Assembly (NCBI RefSeq): GCF_038025025.1
Contig: NW_027117338.1
Span: forward strand, 2,356,001 to 2,420,000
Length of the DNA: 64,000 nucleotides
Direction: 5' to 3'
Source of the DNA: Phyllosticta citribraziliensis
Taxonomy: Eukaryota
In this document: piece by piece, positions 1 to 12,921 of the stretch
Position numbering within the stretch: the first letter of the stretch is position 1
How the letters are laid out: every line of letters starts with the position of its first letter
Made by a program: the position numbers and the translations under genes
The notes under the pieces: model-generated
What the model was told of the DNA's origin: nothing
What the model saw: the letters and a program-made list of their open reading frames with translations, nothing else
Databases searched by the model: none

Positions 1-810
1 CTGAAGACAAGTAGCGGCAGCAGTCTGGTCGATGGGAGTCGAGGCGTCGTTGATCAACCAGATACCAATGTCATCTTTCTCTACTCCGCAGTCAATAGTC
101 TTTCACCGAGCTGCTGGCAGCTATGACAAGTTACTTTCCAGAGTGCGTCCGCAATTCCTACGTGTTGTCGCTCGAATGCTCCTTGCGATCGTTCCCCATG
201 GTGAAGACGTGGCTGATACTTGTCCCAAGGCGCTGGATAAGGGTGTCATGCTGCGATGGCTTTTGGTGGCGCAAGACTTGCAGAGAAACGATTCGATTGT
301 GTTCGGACCGCCGCTTCCTGTGTCGTGGGTGAGTCTGGCGTTGTTCTTGTCGGCCCAACTGGTGGAATAGACAGAGTCAACATTTCAGTTTGCGGTTCCA
401 TTTCGCGAGCTCTTTACTGAGTAACATACCTCGAGCAAGGCAAACGCGTCATCGTCGCGTTTTTTGTTTTTGGGATGCGCGCGCAGTGCTGAAAAAAGCA
501 AAAGCTGCACAGAGTGACGTCGAAGGCTACAGCCAAGGAGATGTACGCTTTGCGTGCAGACACTTGAGCCAGTCCCTGCATGGAACCGCGGGATAAGAAG
601 GCTGGCGCATACACCTGAAATTATTGTCGCGAGCTTTTGCGTTGTTTGGAATAGTATGGCGGGACAGAGTCTCCAGTGATCCCCTGAGTGACTTTTGCAA
701 CGATGGAAATCGGAGAGAGGGAGGCAGGGACTGATCGGACCCTTTGGAGACCGAATCCGACACTGACTGTCAGGCTCGTCAGATTCTGTGGTCGACTCTC
801 TCGTGCGAAC

Positions 811-821
811 TCGCTCACCGA
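811..821. promoter_or_regulatory. Candidate AflR-type binding site TCGCTCACCGA
   Basis: Exact match to the AflR consensus TCGSWNNSCGR, about 850 bp upstream of the AflR-like gene; a single copy could be chance. Confidence 0.3.
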
Positions 822-1662
822 TGATTCGCAGACGATCTGACGGTAGGCGTCGTCAGGTAGGGGCGCGATCTCGCATTGCAACCTGTGAGCTTGAGCTGAC
901 TTCCCTGAACGGGCAAAGAGTGAAGAGAAGGGGGTTGGCTCTGTCTTCTGGTCTAGTGGGGTCCGCCACGAGCGGTCGACAGCTCTTGTATGTCTGTGTG
1001 ACAGGTGCGACCTCACGTCAGAGTAAAATGTCCGACGCTGTGGTCCAGGGCAGCCTGTCGCTGCACTGGCGTCTTCCCTGAGAAAACTCCAGCTCATGGT
1101 TGGTTGTGTCTTGGAGGTAGTCTTGAAGTACCCCCGCATCTTTGTTCTACTATCGCTACACGTGTGGAGAGGCGGATTCGGGGGCTCCGTGGAGAGGCGA
1201 TCAGTACAGGTAAACACAGTGAGCGTTGTCAAGCTGCTGCCTGAGAATATATTGCCTTCAACAAATCTTTCTTCCCTCTATTCGATCAGTCTTGAGCCCA
1301 GTCAGGATAAGCCTCGGCTCTAAAGAAAACGCGGGACAAGTAAACTCTTTTGTCGGTGAAAGGGATGGTTCTTGTTTTGTTTGCCGTTTTAGAAGGTGTT
1401 CGCGCTTCAAGGCAGCAATGACGTGTGAGGGATGTTAGTGGTACTAACACAACGTTGTTGCAACTGCATCGCAGCCCTAGCCAAGCATTTTGTTTTAGGT
1501 CCCCCACCGCACACTCCGCAAATTCCGCTGCGTTGTAGGACTAATCTCACTTCCTCGAGTGCTGTAAGAGAGCCGCGTGGTGGTGGAGGGATGCCTTTTG
1601 AACACTGGGTATGTATATATACTTGAGCGTCCCTATTGCAGTCAGCTTGAACCAACGAAATA

Positions 1663-2637
1663 ATGATCGAAAAAATGGCGCAACCAGACACCGGAGCCAT
1701 CGGCCCTCAATTACGCAGTTCTTGCGATTCGTGCAACTCAGCAAAGGTCAAATGTACCAAGAATCGACCCAAGTGTGAACGATGCGTGGCTCGCGGTACC
1801 GAATGCGTGTACAGCATATCGCTGCGTTCTATCAAGCGCAAGAGGGGCTTGGGACAACAGCACTTCCGCTCGCCATCGAAAGCCCTCAACACCCCGACAA
1901 GTACGATCTTGGATGATTTTGTCGATTTCGATCCCTCGGCGGCAGAGATGGGCGTACTACCGGTATCCTTGGATGAATGGAACGTCGACTTCGAAATGCC
2001 GCTATTCAACAGTCCTGACCTCACGCCTGTCTCGAAGATTTCCCCCTTTTCTTTTGCTTCTCCGGAATCTCCATCGACCGTGTCGACTGTGTCGACTTGC
2101 CGGTGCCAGCAGCTCGTCACTGCAAAGCTGGCCCAGCTTTCCACCAGAGACCGGAATGCGGCAAACCTCCCTTTCGACTCTTTTCTCACCGACAGCAAGG
2201 CGGTCATGGATGCCTGCATTTCTGTCATCAGCTGCGGTGCTGCGGACCACAAGGAGGACCTCCAAACTGTCCTTGTTCTCTCGGCTCTGTTGCTCCACCT
2301 GGTCGGGATGTACGAAAGCAAGCTTGCGGCTACTTCTCGTCCACATCCTCACGGTGCAACCGCACCAGTCAGGCTCTCTTTTGGATCCTACTATTTCGAC
2401 CATCAAGACGCTCAGATATTGGAGGTAAATTTGATCCACATGGAGCTGTCGAAGATCCGAACGATGGTGGAGAGTTTCGACCAGCGATTCAGCAAGCCAA
2501 CGAAATCATCGCCGGATTTCGAGAATGATTTTGCAGACCCAGTTGCTCCATTGATCGCTCATGTTCGGCGAAAGCTACAGCGCAACTTCGAAGAAGTCCG
2601 AAGCGGCATGGCATATCCAGATACCTTTGGTCAATGA
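1663..2637 (+). CDS. Zn(II)2Cys6 transcription factor, AflR-like
   Basis: LRSSCDSCNSAKVKCTKNRPKCERCVARGTECVYS binuclear cluster; C-terminal CRC...C...RLSFGSY pattern typical of AflR-like cluster regulators; single exon. Confidence 0.88.
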   Translation: MIEKMAQPDTGAIGPQLRSSCDSCNSAKVKCTKNRPKCERCVARGTECVYSISLRSIKRKRGLGQQHFRSPSKALNTPTSTILDDFVDFDPSAAEMGVLPVSLDEWNVDFEMPLFNSPDLTPVSKISPFSFASPESPSTVSTVSTCRCQQLVTAKLAQLSTRDRNAANLPFDSFLTDSKAVMDACISVISCGAADHKEDLQTVLVLSALLLHLVGMYESKLAATSRPHPHGATAPVRLSFGSYYFDHQDAQILEVNLIHMELSKIRTMVESFDQRFSKPTKSSPDFENDFADPVAPLIAHVRRKLQRNFEEVRSGMAYPDTFGQ

Positions 2638-3669
2638 GGATGGTGTAGCCAGGAATTCTTGTATTCTTTCAACCATTTTACCTTTGTTTGTTACTGGTGG
2701 GAACGAGTGGAGAATTCCGGTGCAGCAGAGAAGGTCGGCCTGAGATATCTCTTTAATTCCCTGCACAACCCACTTGGTCTTTGTAGAGTTGGCCACAAAA
2801 AGAAGTTTCTTCATGACACGAACGACAAAATCTGCGCAGCGGAGTGACTGGAGCGGCATCGAACATTTCGTGACCTACGACTAGGTGTCCGAATAGCACA
2901 GGTTTCGTCCTAGGTATCGACTGCAGGCCCAACGTGGGTGCCGAAAATTATGAGACCTCCAAGCAATGCGAGTGTATCCAGGGAGCATTCATTTGCTGCA
3001 ATTGCCCTGGAGGGTCGTCCACTGCTACCGCTGCTCTTGAGAGGCATTAATTTGCTGCTACATCTGCGCTTAGAAAGCAGTCGATTATTGTCGCAGCCGG
3101 ACCCAGGAAGTCGTCTCATTTCTTTGGACACCGAATGTGGGCCTGGCTTCAAAGTCGCTCGTCGCATAAATACACAGTCGCTTGATTCACGACATCATGA
3201 AGCTCCCCGGTAGTTTTGTGAGGCCAAGATGGCCTGATCTGCGGATTCCCGAGGGCCAGACTCCAGATCTGGTGCTCCGTGGGGGATAGAGTTGTTTTGC
3301 CGTCATCAAACTATTAGCAACGAGAGATATTGGAGCAGCCTTTCTTGACGCAGAATCGTTCTTTACCAACTGGTGGCTTTCGACACGCAGCTGGGTGGTC
3401 TGTGCACGCTTCACGCCCGACGCGCAAGTTACGAGTCAGCGGAATTGCGTCGCTGCTGTCACCATTCGATAGCCAGAGTTCCGGCTGCCTTCGGGAGTCA
3501 AATGAGAGTTGCAGGTTGATAGAAGATGGCGGAAGACATGACGGGCTTGCTTCCAGTGGAGATGGAGAGTTCAAGGTGAATCTTGTCTTGGTGGAAAGCA
3601 GTCCGGTTTGCCGAGGAGTACCCAGACGAGCCAATCACATTGCCTTGACTAACGACTCCAACTTCATCT

Positions 3670-3983
3670 CTTATCGCTCTCTTCTGAACACCCGACGCCA
3701 CGCTAGCCTAGGAAGCCCTTATCTCTGCCGCTCTGCATCAATTACTACCAACCGATTCGCGCAACAGAAGACGGCCGAGGAGAAGGGCGTGGGCGGCCTA
3801 CCCACCGGTTTTCCCAAAGCTTACCGCCGACAAGCATGGCGATCCCCAGCTATACTGCTCGTGGAAGCAGTCCGCCGTCAGCGGCCGTGACCGCTTGTCG
3901 GAGAAGGACTGCCCTGGACCCTCTTGGTTCCAATGAATAAGCTATACAACTTATCCCTACCATCCATGTCGCCATTCTTTATC
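3670..3983 (-). promoter_or_regulatory. Cluster of GATA (AreA/NIT2-type) sites upstream of DUR3
   Basis: CTTATC at 3670, 3718, 3950 and TTTATC at 3978, all within 460 bp of the urea transporter ATG; consistent with nitrogen metabolite repression. Confidence 0.55.
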
Positions 3984-4127
3984 AACGCCGTCGCGCGCGA
4001 TCGGAAGCGTGGGCGCTGGGCGGCACTACATAAGCAATTCCTGGCCTAGTCTTTGACATTTTCTTGGGTTAAGCTTGATTTCTTGCAGCTACCAGCTTCC
4101 TCCGTTTCCTGCCGCTGAGCCGCAAAA

Positions 4128-6692
4128 ATGGCACTGTCACTGGAGTCTGGCGAGGCCCCACTCAGCAAGGCAACGGGATATGGAGTCATTATCGGGCTGG
4201 GATTTTTGTTTGCGTAAGTTGAGAGTGAAGTTTGAAAATTTGCCATGCTGACGGCACTAGATTTGCCATGATGTTGACAACATTCGTGCTGAAGAGGTAG
4301 GTCTTGGCCCCTTTGAATCATTCGCTTGTACCTGTCGAGAAAAGAGAAGAATTGGCAAACAAACCAAAAACATGCGGCAGTCAACTTGAGTGTCGCGTTT
4401 GTGTCTTTGGTGCGCAAACAAGCGCACGCTTCCTGTTGGCGCCCTTTCTGCTTCTTTCTATCCTCCACACTGAAGTACCACGCGGAGAATATCGCAAAGC
4501 TTGGACCTCAAAGAGCCAAACTAACTGGCATAGGTACAACTATGAGCTGCAGACGAGTGAAATGTTCAGCACCGCCGGCCGCACTGTCAAGTCAGGTCTC
4601 GTGTCCTCCGCCGTCGTCTCTTCGTGGACGTGGGCTGCAACACTTCTCCAGTCCTCTGGAGTAGCATATGTAAGTTCTGATACCCCTTTCGATGAAATCT
4701 AGGTGGCTAACATTTGCAGAAATATGGAGTCTCAGGCCCATTTTGGTATGCCTCTGGAGCCACAGTGCAGATTATTCTCTTCGCAACTCTGGCGATTGAG
4801 CTAAAGCGCCGGGCCCCAAATGCGCACACGTTCCTCGAAGTCATTCGGGCCAGATATGGCGCAGTGACGCACATCGTTTTCATGGTCTTTGGGCTGATGA
4901 CAAACATTCTTGTTACTGCTATGCTTCTTACTGGAGGCTCGGCCGTGGTCACTGCCCTGACGGGCATGCACACAGTAGCGGCTTGTTTTTTGCTGCCAAT
5001 CGGTGTCGTTTTGTACACCATGTTCGGAGGAATCAAGGTAAGCAAGACTGCTGCTGAACAAGTGGACATCGCTAACCAGAGTTCAGGCGACTTTCCTCAC
5101 AGACTACGCCCACACTGTAGTCATTCTGGTCATCATCTTCTTGTTTGCATTCACGACGTATGCTAACAGCAGCCTATTGGGCAGTCCTGGCAGAGTCTAC
5201 GACCTGCTAGTAGAGGCTGCGGAACGCCATCCAGTCGAAGGCAATGCCGAGGGCAGTTATCTTACGATGAGGTCCAAAGAGGGAGCCATCTTCTTTGTGA
5301 TCAACATAGTGGGCAACTTTGGAACAGTGTTTTGTGACAATGGGGTAAGGCAATTTCCGCAGAACTCCTGACACAATCAGTAGCTGACAGATTTGACAGT
5401 ACTACAACAAAGCCATTGCTGCCAGCCCCATCCACGCACTTCCCGGATACATAATGGGAGGTCTCAGCTGGTTCGCCATCCCCTGGCTTGCAGCAACGAC
5501 AATGGGCCTCGCAGCACTCGCGCTTGAAAACAACCCCGTCTTCCCAACTTACCCGAACCGCATGTCGGCAGCCAACGTCTCCGCAGGACTCGTCCTTCCT
5601 GAAGCCGCCGTCGCGCTTTTGGGTAGCTCGGGCGCGGCTGCGGTCCTCCTCCTGATCTTCATGGCCGTCACCAGCGCCATGTCCGCAGAACTGATTGCCG
5701 TCTCGTCCATCTTCACCTATGACCTTTACCAGACGTACATCAACCCGCGCGCGAGCGGCAGGCAGCTTATCTACACATCGCACTGCATGGTGGTCTTCTT
5801 TGCGCTCGCCATGGCAGCACTATCCACCGGTCTCTACTACGCCGGAATCAGCATGGGATATCTATACCTGCTCATGGGCGTCATCATATCGTCGGCCGTG
5901 CTGCCCGCGTCTCTGACACTGTTGTGGTCCCATCAATCCCGCATCGCCGCAACGCTCTCGCCCATCCTCGGCCTCGCCGTGGCCCTCATCGCGTGGCTCG
6001 TCACAGCCAAAAAGGAATCCGGCGTTCTCACCGTCGACACGACAGGCGCCAACAACCCCATGCTCGCCGGCAACGTCGTTGCGCTGCTCTCGCCTCTTGT
6101 CTTCATCCCGATCCTCACCTACATGCCAGGCCTGGGTGGACCGCAGCGCTACGACTGGCTCAGCATGAAGGCGATTCGCAAGGCCGACGACGGCGACGTG
6201 GCGGCGTCCGCGCACGTCGACCTGGAGTTGGTGCCGGGCGGGACGCGCAACTCAGAGCTCGAGGCTCGCGCCGAGGCCGCGCAACTGCAGCGCGCCAGCC
6301 GCATTGCGCGGGCACTGACGGTCGTGCTTGCGGTGTCCTTCCTCGTTCTCTGGCCCATGCCCATGTACGGCTCGCATTACGTCTTCTCCAAACCCTTCTT
6401 CACCGGTTGGGTCGTCGTCGGCATCCTGTGGCTGTTCTGCAGCATGTTCTGCGTTGGCTTGTATCCGTTGTGGGAAGGCCGCAAAACCATGGCTCGTACG
6501 TTGCGCCTCATCTGGAAGGATGTTGTCGGCCATGGCGCAGGCGTGAGAGAGGTCAGAGAGATGGCGCGGGCCAAGGCTGGTGAGGTTGTTGTTGAGGGCG
6601 CGGTCGCAAACGGGAGCGGTGAAGTCACGCCGCCGGATGAGCACGAGAAAGAAAAAGAAATGCAGAAAGAGGCGGAGAAGGAGATCAGATAA
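4128..6692 (+). CDS. DUR3: Urea active transporter (sodium:solute symporter family), multi-exon
   Basis: ATG 4128 ([25 protein letters not shown]); motifs [64 protein letters not shown]; canonical GT-AG introns. Confidence 0.95.
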
Positions 6693-7105
6693 ACGCGCTT
6701 GTTGTTATAAGCATGACCATGCATGATACCATTTACCACCTTTAATTCACGAGTCTCGTCAAAACGCCATCTTTGACGAGACTCCGCTTGCGATTCGACT
6801 CTTTGCAACCCAGCCAGACTGTCAGATCGAATAATGCGTGAAGAAGCTGAGGCTCTTCGAGTAGCCTGCAGAGGGAACGTCTTGCAATGAGACCAGCAAA
6901 AATGCGAAAACAGAAACCCTGACTTTCTAAACCATGCATTTATTGTGAAAATGTCTACCGCGCGCGGGCCAAACTCCAAATTCCTACAAGCTAATGACGG
7001 CCGTAACCCCCTCGCTTCGCAATCGTCATGCAGCTACCCCTCTTTTCTCTGCTCTCTGCTTCCTCTTTGTTGATTCCAAATGATGTTCATTTCGTCATAA
7101 TGACT

Positions 7106-10100
7106 TTACGCAAAATCAATCTTCCAGCCCTTGGTGATGCTCACCTTGGGGTCTCTCACGACGGCATAGTTGGCCTTGCCCTTCGGCCCAGCGAACCATG
7201 CCATCTCGACCGCCCGCCTGCGCTGGCTCTCCTTAGCACCCTCCTCGCTGACAAACACCTCCGACTTGCCAGACCACTCATCTGGCGCGCCAACGATGAT
7301 GACCTTCTCCACGCGCACCTTGGCCTGATCCTTGAGGTAAGCGGGTGTCTTAGGGCCAGAGGTACCAATGTCGATGGAGGTGAGCGCGTTGGTTTCGGTG
7401 TCAAAGAGGAAGCGACGGTGAATCGAGGCGCCCTCGAGGTAGTCGTAGGTATCGCCATCATCGACATAGAGCTCGCCCGAGGCCTTGCCGTCCTTTCCGA
7501 GGACTACGACCAATGTGTAGGGGTCATACTTCATAAGGCTGGAGCTGCGGCGGGGACGGTCGCGGCGCGGGATGATGTGGCCACCCTGCATCAACAGGGG
7601 GATTTTCTCCAAAGGAACGTCAATCTTGTGGTGGCCCTTGCCTTGGTAAATGGTGTAGTCAAAATAGTCGAAGTAGGGCTCATCGTCGGCAATGTAAATG
7701 TCAGTGCTGGTGGCGCCCTCGGTTGTGACAGGCTTGGCCAGCAGACCAGTTTCGCCAATGTAGAGCTGGTCATCAATGGCGAATCCCTTTTCATCCCCGG
7801 GATGGACGTAGTAGTTGGGCCGGATAATGGGCGCTCCGGAGACGCTGGCTTCGTGGAAGGCAGTGTACCAAGCAGGGAGGAGAGAGTACCGGATGCGGAG
7901 GGCCTGGGTGATGATTTCCGTGTACGGCGATCCAGCAAGGTAAGGCTCGCGACGACGAGTGTCGATGTGGGCATGACCGCGCATGAAGGGGTAGAAGATG
8001 CCTGCCTGGTACCAACGCGTCAAGAGGTCCTTCTCCGGGTTGCCGAAAAAGCCACCAACGTCGGCACCGGCGAAGGGGAAGCCGGAAATGCCCTGGTTCA
8101 GAGTCATGGGAATGGAAGCGGCAAGGTGGTCCCAACGGGCCTGGTTGTCCCCAGTCCACATGGCTCCGAGTCTCTGGCTACCAGAGTAGAAGGAACGCGT
8201 CAGGATAAATGGACGTCTGACCTCACCCTTCTTGCGCTCGACCATCGCTTGGAACGTGGCGTTATGGAACGTCATTCCATTGATGTTGTGGACATCGCGG
8301 TGCTCCCAGTTGCCATAGTGCAAGTTGTCCTTGGGCATGGTGGTCTCGGGTCCGTTGAAGACGGATGGCTCGTTCATGTCGTTCCAGATGAAGGTGTTGT
8401 GAAAGGTGCCCTTGAACGTCTCGTACCTGAACAAGCTCTTCCACCACTCGATGGATGCTGGATTGAAAGTGTCGACCCAGTAGGAAGATCCCGGCCAGCA
8501 CCAGCCCTCGTAATCGCTGCCGTCCTTGGTCTTGGCGGCAAGACCCTTACTCCTCATCTCTTCGATGATGGGGTAGTCCGGGACGTTCTTAATATGAGGG
8601 TCGATAATGGCAACAAGCTTCCGGTCATGCTCATCAAGCTTCTTGTGCATCTCTTCTGTCTTGGGGAAGGTCAAGGGGTCCCAGGTGAAGTACTTCTTCT
8701 CGTGAGTGTATTCAATGTCGAGCCAAATGACGTCGTAAGGAATGTTGAACTTGTCCATCTTGCGGTCGACATCGATGACGTCGTCGTCGGTGACATAGTT
8801 CCACCTGCACTGGTGGTAGCCGACCGAGAACTCTTGGGGCAGCTGGGTGTAACCAGTAAGCTCAGAGTAGCTCTTGATCACGTCCTTGGGCTCAGGGCCT
8901 AGGAAGACAAAAACATCCAGAAGACCGCTCTCAGAGAACCAGTGGGTCTTGGTATCTGTGTGTCCGGCGACTCCCATGCTCAGAGCATTGGCCGTGCTCT
9001 TCGACTTGATAATATCGACCCAGGTCTCAGCACCGTTGAGCCAAAACACGCCCACCGTGGAGTCCTTCTTGTGGGCCTGCATAAAGGGAACGGCGCCGTA
9101 CAGGGTCATTGGGCTGTCCATCAGGTACTCGAATACATCGGCGTTGTACAAGCGATACGGCTCATCGTAGTTGCCCTCGCCCCCGCTGTTCACGTCAGCT
9201 GCGTGCGCACTTCAGCGGTCGTTTCGTACTTACCGCGTCTGCTTCAGCGACAGAGAGCTGGCATGCTCCGGAATACCATAGACATGCTCAAATCCAGGGA
9301 ATGTAATGTCAAGACCGACACTCTCAGGGCCCCTGGGCTTCGAGTCTGTGTTCCCACCGAACGACTCCTCCCACAGCGATGTGTCGTCTTCAAAGGGGAT
9401 CGCTGGGGGCTCCTCAGGCTTCTCTTCGCCCTCGGGCTTGTCAACCTTAGGTCTCCAGTGCTCCATATTCAACAGTCCCTCGCCGTTGAGCCTGACCTGA
9501 GTCTGCCCATCTCGCCTAAAGTCGATGCCCACCGGAGAGTGACGAATGACAGCTTGGAACTTGCCACCGGGGCCGTAAACGACCTTGGTGGTGCCCTCGT
9601 CCGCATCTGCACTGATCGCTGCACCAGTGCTGGGCTCAAGACCCCCAACAATCGCCCAGTCCTCGGCCTCGTTGTAACGTTCTTTGCGAGCTTTGCTCTC
9701 GTTGCGGAGCTCAATCTCGCCCTTTTGCCTCTTCTCTTCGTCAAGCGTAACGCGAGCGGTACCAGACTCGAGGAAGGAGATTGTAAGAGGAAGCTTGACC
9801 TCCTCCCCAGCAGCGTTGATCTTCTTCAAGACTGTACCGGACAGCTTGCCATTGTCAAAGGTGATGGAGGTTGGGTCGAGACGGTAAGGGGACTCCCAAG
9901 TGGAGGATAGCTCGGAAGCCTTGTCGGCAAAGGCCCTGTTGCGCTTGCAAAAGCCAGATTGAGCGCAGGTTTTGAAGTTTTCGTGTTTGACGGCGGCTGT
10001 GGTTGTCATTAGCTTTCGTCGGGTCCCTGGAGCTGTCAAAATGACGTACCTATGGGTGTAAACAAAGCACAAATGGCGGAGATGACGAGGAAAACAAACG

Positions 10101-10134
10101 CCCAGCTTCGGGACGTCAAAGACACGGACAGCAT
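7106..10134 (-). CDS. GLS2: Glucosidase II alpha subunit (GH31)
   Basis: Signal peptide MLSVSLTSRSWAFVFLV; VKHENFKTCAQSGFCKRNR; catalytic WNDMNEPSVF; WTGDN; GADVGGFFGNP; two introns. Confidence 0.95.
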
Positions 10135-10441
10135 GTTGAGAAAATCCAGCTGCCGTCCGAATGCAGCGTGGAGGAGATCAATGGCACTGCAGCTGTGGAA
10201 TTGGATGATGCCAGCTGGTGAGCTTTCCCCGGGCGGCGGGACGGGAGCGGAGAGGAACACGTGACCGGCTCCGATCCCCCAATGGCCATCCCGGCGCTAA
10301 GGCTGCCCCACCACCGAAAAGATGCAAAACGACACACCCGACTCGCCCTCCTTTCCACCCATCTTCAAGAAACTCCCGCCAAAAGACCGTGGTCATCTCC
10401 TCAAAAACATCCAGGCCCACGCCGAGAACAAATCAGCCAAC

Positions 10442-11252
10442 ATGTCCTCCTCCGAGCAGACGTACGTGCGAGCTGAATCGAGCTCTGGCTCCTAACGAGG
10501 GGTAGCGAACGGTGAAGCTAACATGAGGATTCAGCTTCATTGCCATCAAGCCTGACGGTGTCCAGGTCAGTATTGACTCAATTCCTTCATCAAGACAGTT
10601 TGCAGGCCATTCTTTACCCCAATGTCGTCTTGTTTCGACAATCCCCCGCATCCGCACCCCCATCCATGACTGGCCCCTTGTTAGACAGATCAGTCAGCTA
10701 ACCTGCCTCCAGCGTGGCCTCGTTGGTCCCATCGTCTCTCGCTTCGAGAACCGCGGCTTCAAGCTTGCTGCCATCAAGCTCGTCACTCCCACCAAGGAGC
10801 ACCTCGAGACCCACTATGCCGACCTGAAGGGCAAGCCCTTCTTCCCCGGTCTCATTGCCTGTACGCCTGTCCTTTCAATCATTCAATACCCATAACAAGG
10901 CTGATTGTCGTCTTTTAGACATGGGCTCTGGTCCCGTCTGCGCCATGGTCTGGGAGGGCCGTGACGCTGTCAAGACTGGCCGCGCCATTCTCGGCGCCAC
11001 CAACCCCCTTGCGTCTGCACCGGGTACGATCCGCGGCGACTTCGCTATCGATGTAGGCCGTAACGTTTGCCACGGTTCTGATTCCGTTGAGAATGCTCAG
11101 AAGGAGATTGCTCTGTGGTTCAAGGACGGCGAGGTTGTCTCCTGGAAGAAGAACGAGTAAGTGAACCACCAATTCCCAAGGAAACAACGAACAGGAGCAC
11201 ACAGAGGCTAATATGGTATAACAGCTTCGACTGGGTCTACGAAAAGGCCTAA
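10442..11252 (+). CDS. NDK1: Nucleoside diphosphate kinase
   Basis: Spliced [22 protein letters not shown]...[35 protein letters not shown]...FDWVYEKA; four introns. Confidence 0.97.
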
Positions 11253-12880
11253 ATTGTCATTCATGGTCGCTTGTGATGGACAATGAGCCAAACAAGACTA
11301 GGAAGCACGACAACATGGATGAATGAAACCAAAGATCATAGGTGAATGCCATGGAGATTACACGTGGCAACCAACTCTATCCATCTGAAAGTGTCTGACT
11401 GACAATATGGCTGGTTTGCAAATGCGAAACTGACAAAGATGTGAAAAAGTGATCGTCTTCAACCACTGAAAGGCCCAGGCAGCAACACACCCACTAGCTC
11501 TTCCAAACACAGCCCCTCTTCTTCGTCGAGTACAAATCTCCCTAGGACTACCTTTGCGAGGGACTTGAAGCCTTGCCAACCGTACTTCATCAACTTTTGT
11601 CCTCTCGTTACTGAGGCAGACCAACGCAAACCCGTGTACGAGACGATACAAGATACAACTGCCGTTCCCGCGATCAATTGACCGAATCAGTTCTACCGGA
11701 TCTCAAATCTGATAGGACCTTGGACCTTGGACCTCGAACGTCTCCTTCAACATCCCACGTGAACGCCTGAACGAGGTGCCTGAATTCTCCCCTCCGTCCA
11801 ACTCCCAGCCGGGACGCCTTACCACTTACCACTTCCACACCACTCACGAGTCCCGAGGCTACTGATGAATGCTCCCGGCGTACAGCCGTCACTGTGCTTC
11901 GCTGACGCATGAATGCTCCCACTCCCCATCACCCTCCATCAAAGGGACCACCTCACCTTCAACTCACCCATCCGTCCATCATCCATGATGGACCCGACAT
12001 CTCCCCAGCCTCACCCGCCAAGCCGACACGCCGCCCCTATGCACGCACGCCTACTTGCCAAGACGCCTCGCTCGTTCGTCGCTCTCCACCGTCATCCGCC
12101 ACCCCTTTACATCGTGTCATATCACGATGATCCATCCATGCGTCTATAAATAGCACAGCAAGCGACGGAAAGTAGTGTCTCAGCTATCTTGGCTAGCCCG
12201 GCTACCGTCCACTTCCGCATTTGGCTAGCGATACCAGTCGACGATGGCCTTGACGACGTAAGCAGGTAAGGTATGGATGTATGTGTGCCAATTGGGGGTG
12301 GGTGGTTGTGGCATCACGACTGCTTTGACTGCTCCCTAGACCGTCCTGTCCTTCACTGGCTACTGCTCAGAGACCAAATGCTCCTTGAGGAATCCCACCA
12401 CTGCCTGCCTCAGTGACAGCCGTGCCGTGACATGTCCAACATGGGACCACGAGAAAAGCAAAAACATCAGCCTCGCACATGCTCTCCCCACAAAACCACA
12501 AATACTCCCATGAAAAGAATAGGAGAAGTACGGGGAGAGAGAAAAAGCAGCGGCGTGCCCTAACTAAGCCGCCGCCGCCACGCCGCCGCCGCTGCTGCTG
12601 GCCAGCCTGCCTGCCAGCAAGTAGCCCTACGCCGCGGGCGTCCGTCCGAAACGTCCCACGCTACTTCCGCGCTAGCCTGCCTGACGACGCCGCTACCGCT
12701 ACCGCACATCGCAGCCGTCGGCCGCCGCGGTGGGCGGCTACATCATGCACATACGTACAAAGCAGCTGACCAAATCGCCAAACCCCCTTTCTGTATCCAT
12801 CGTAGTGAGTCTGGCGGAGCTCGGCTTTCTGCCGTCTAGGTTGGCTTTCCGTCACTCACGGGTGGACGAAGCCGTTCTAC

Positions 12881-12882
<2 letters not shown>

Positions 12883-12921
<39 letters not shown>
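12883..12921. repeat. (CGT)13 microsatellite
   Basis: Perfect trinucleotide run in a simple-repeat-rich intergenic region. Confidence 0.95.

Noticed and set aside
1..370. Possible minus-strand exon(s) running off the left edge (…KDDIGIWLINDASTPIDQTAAATCLQ)
   Set aside because: Splice-like signals exist, but no consistent gene model or recognisable protein could be built
4297..4533. TPP riboswitch in the long intron of the SSS-family transporter
   Set aside because: Some fungal DUR3-like transporters carry one, but the CTGAGA and downstream aptamer core are absent here
7028..9910. Long plus-strand ORFs (624 aa and 322 aa) opposite glucosidase II
   Set aside because: Antisense shadows caused by codon bias of the real minus-strand gene; no motifs. 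The same applies to shadow ORFs over DUR3, NMO, CFD1, orphan C and NCS1
10566..10712. snoRNA in the longer NDK1 intron
   Set aside because: Small hairpins are present, but no convincing C/D or H/ACA box arrangement
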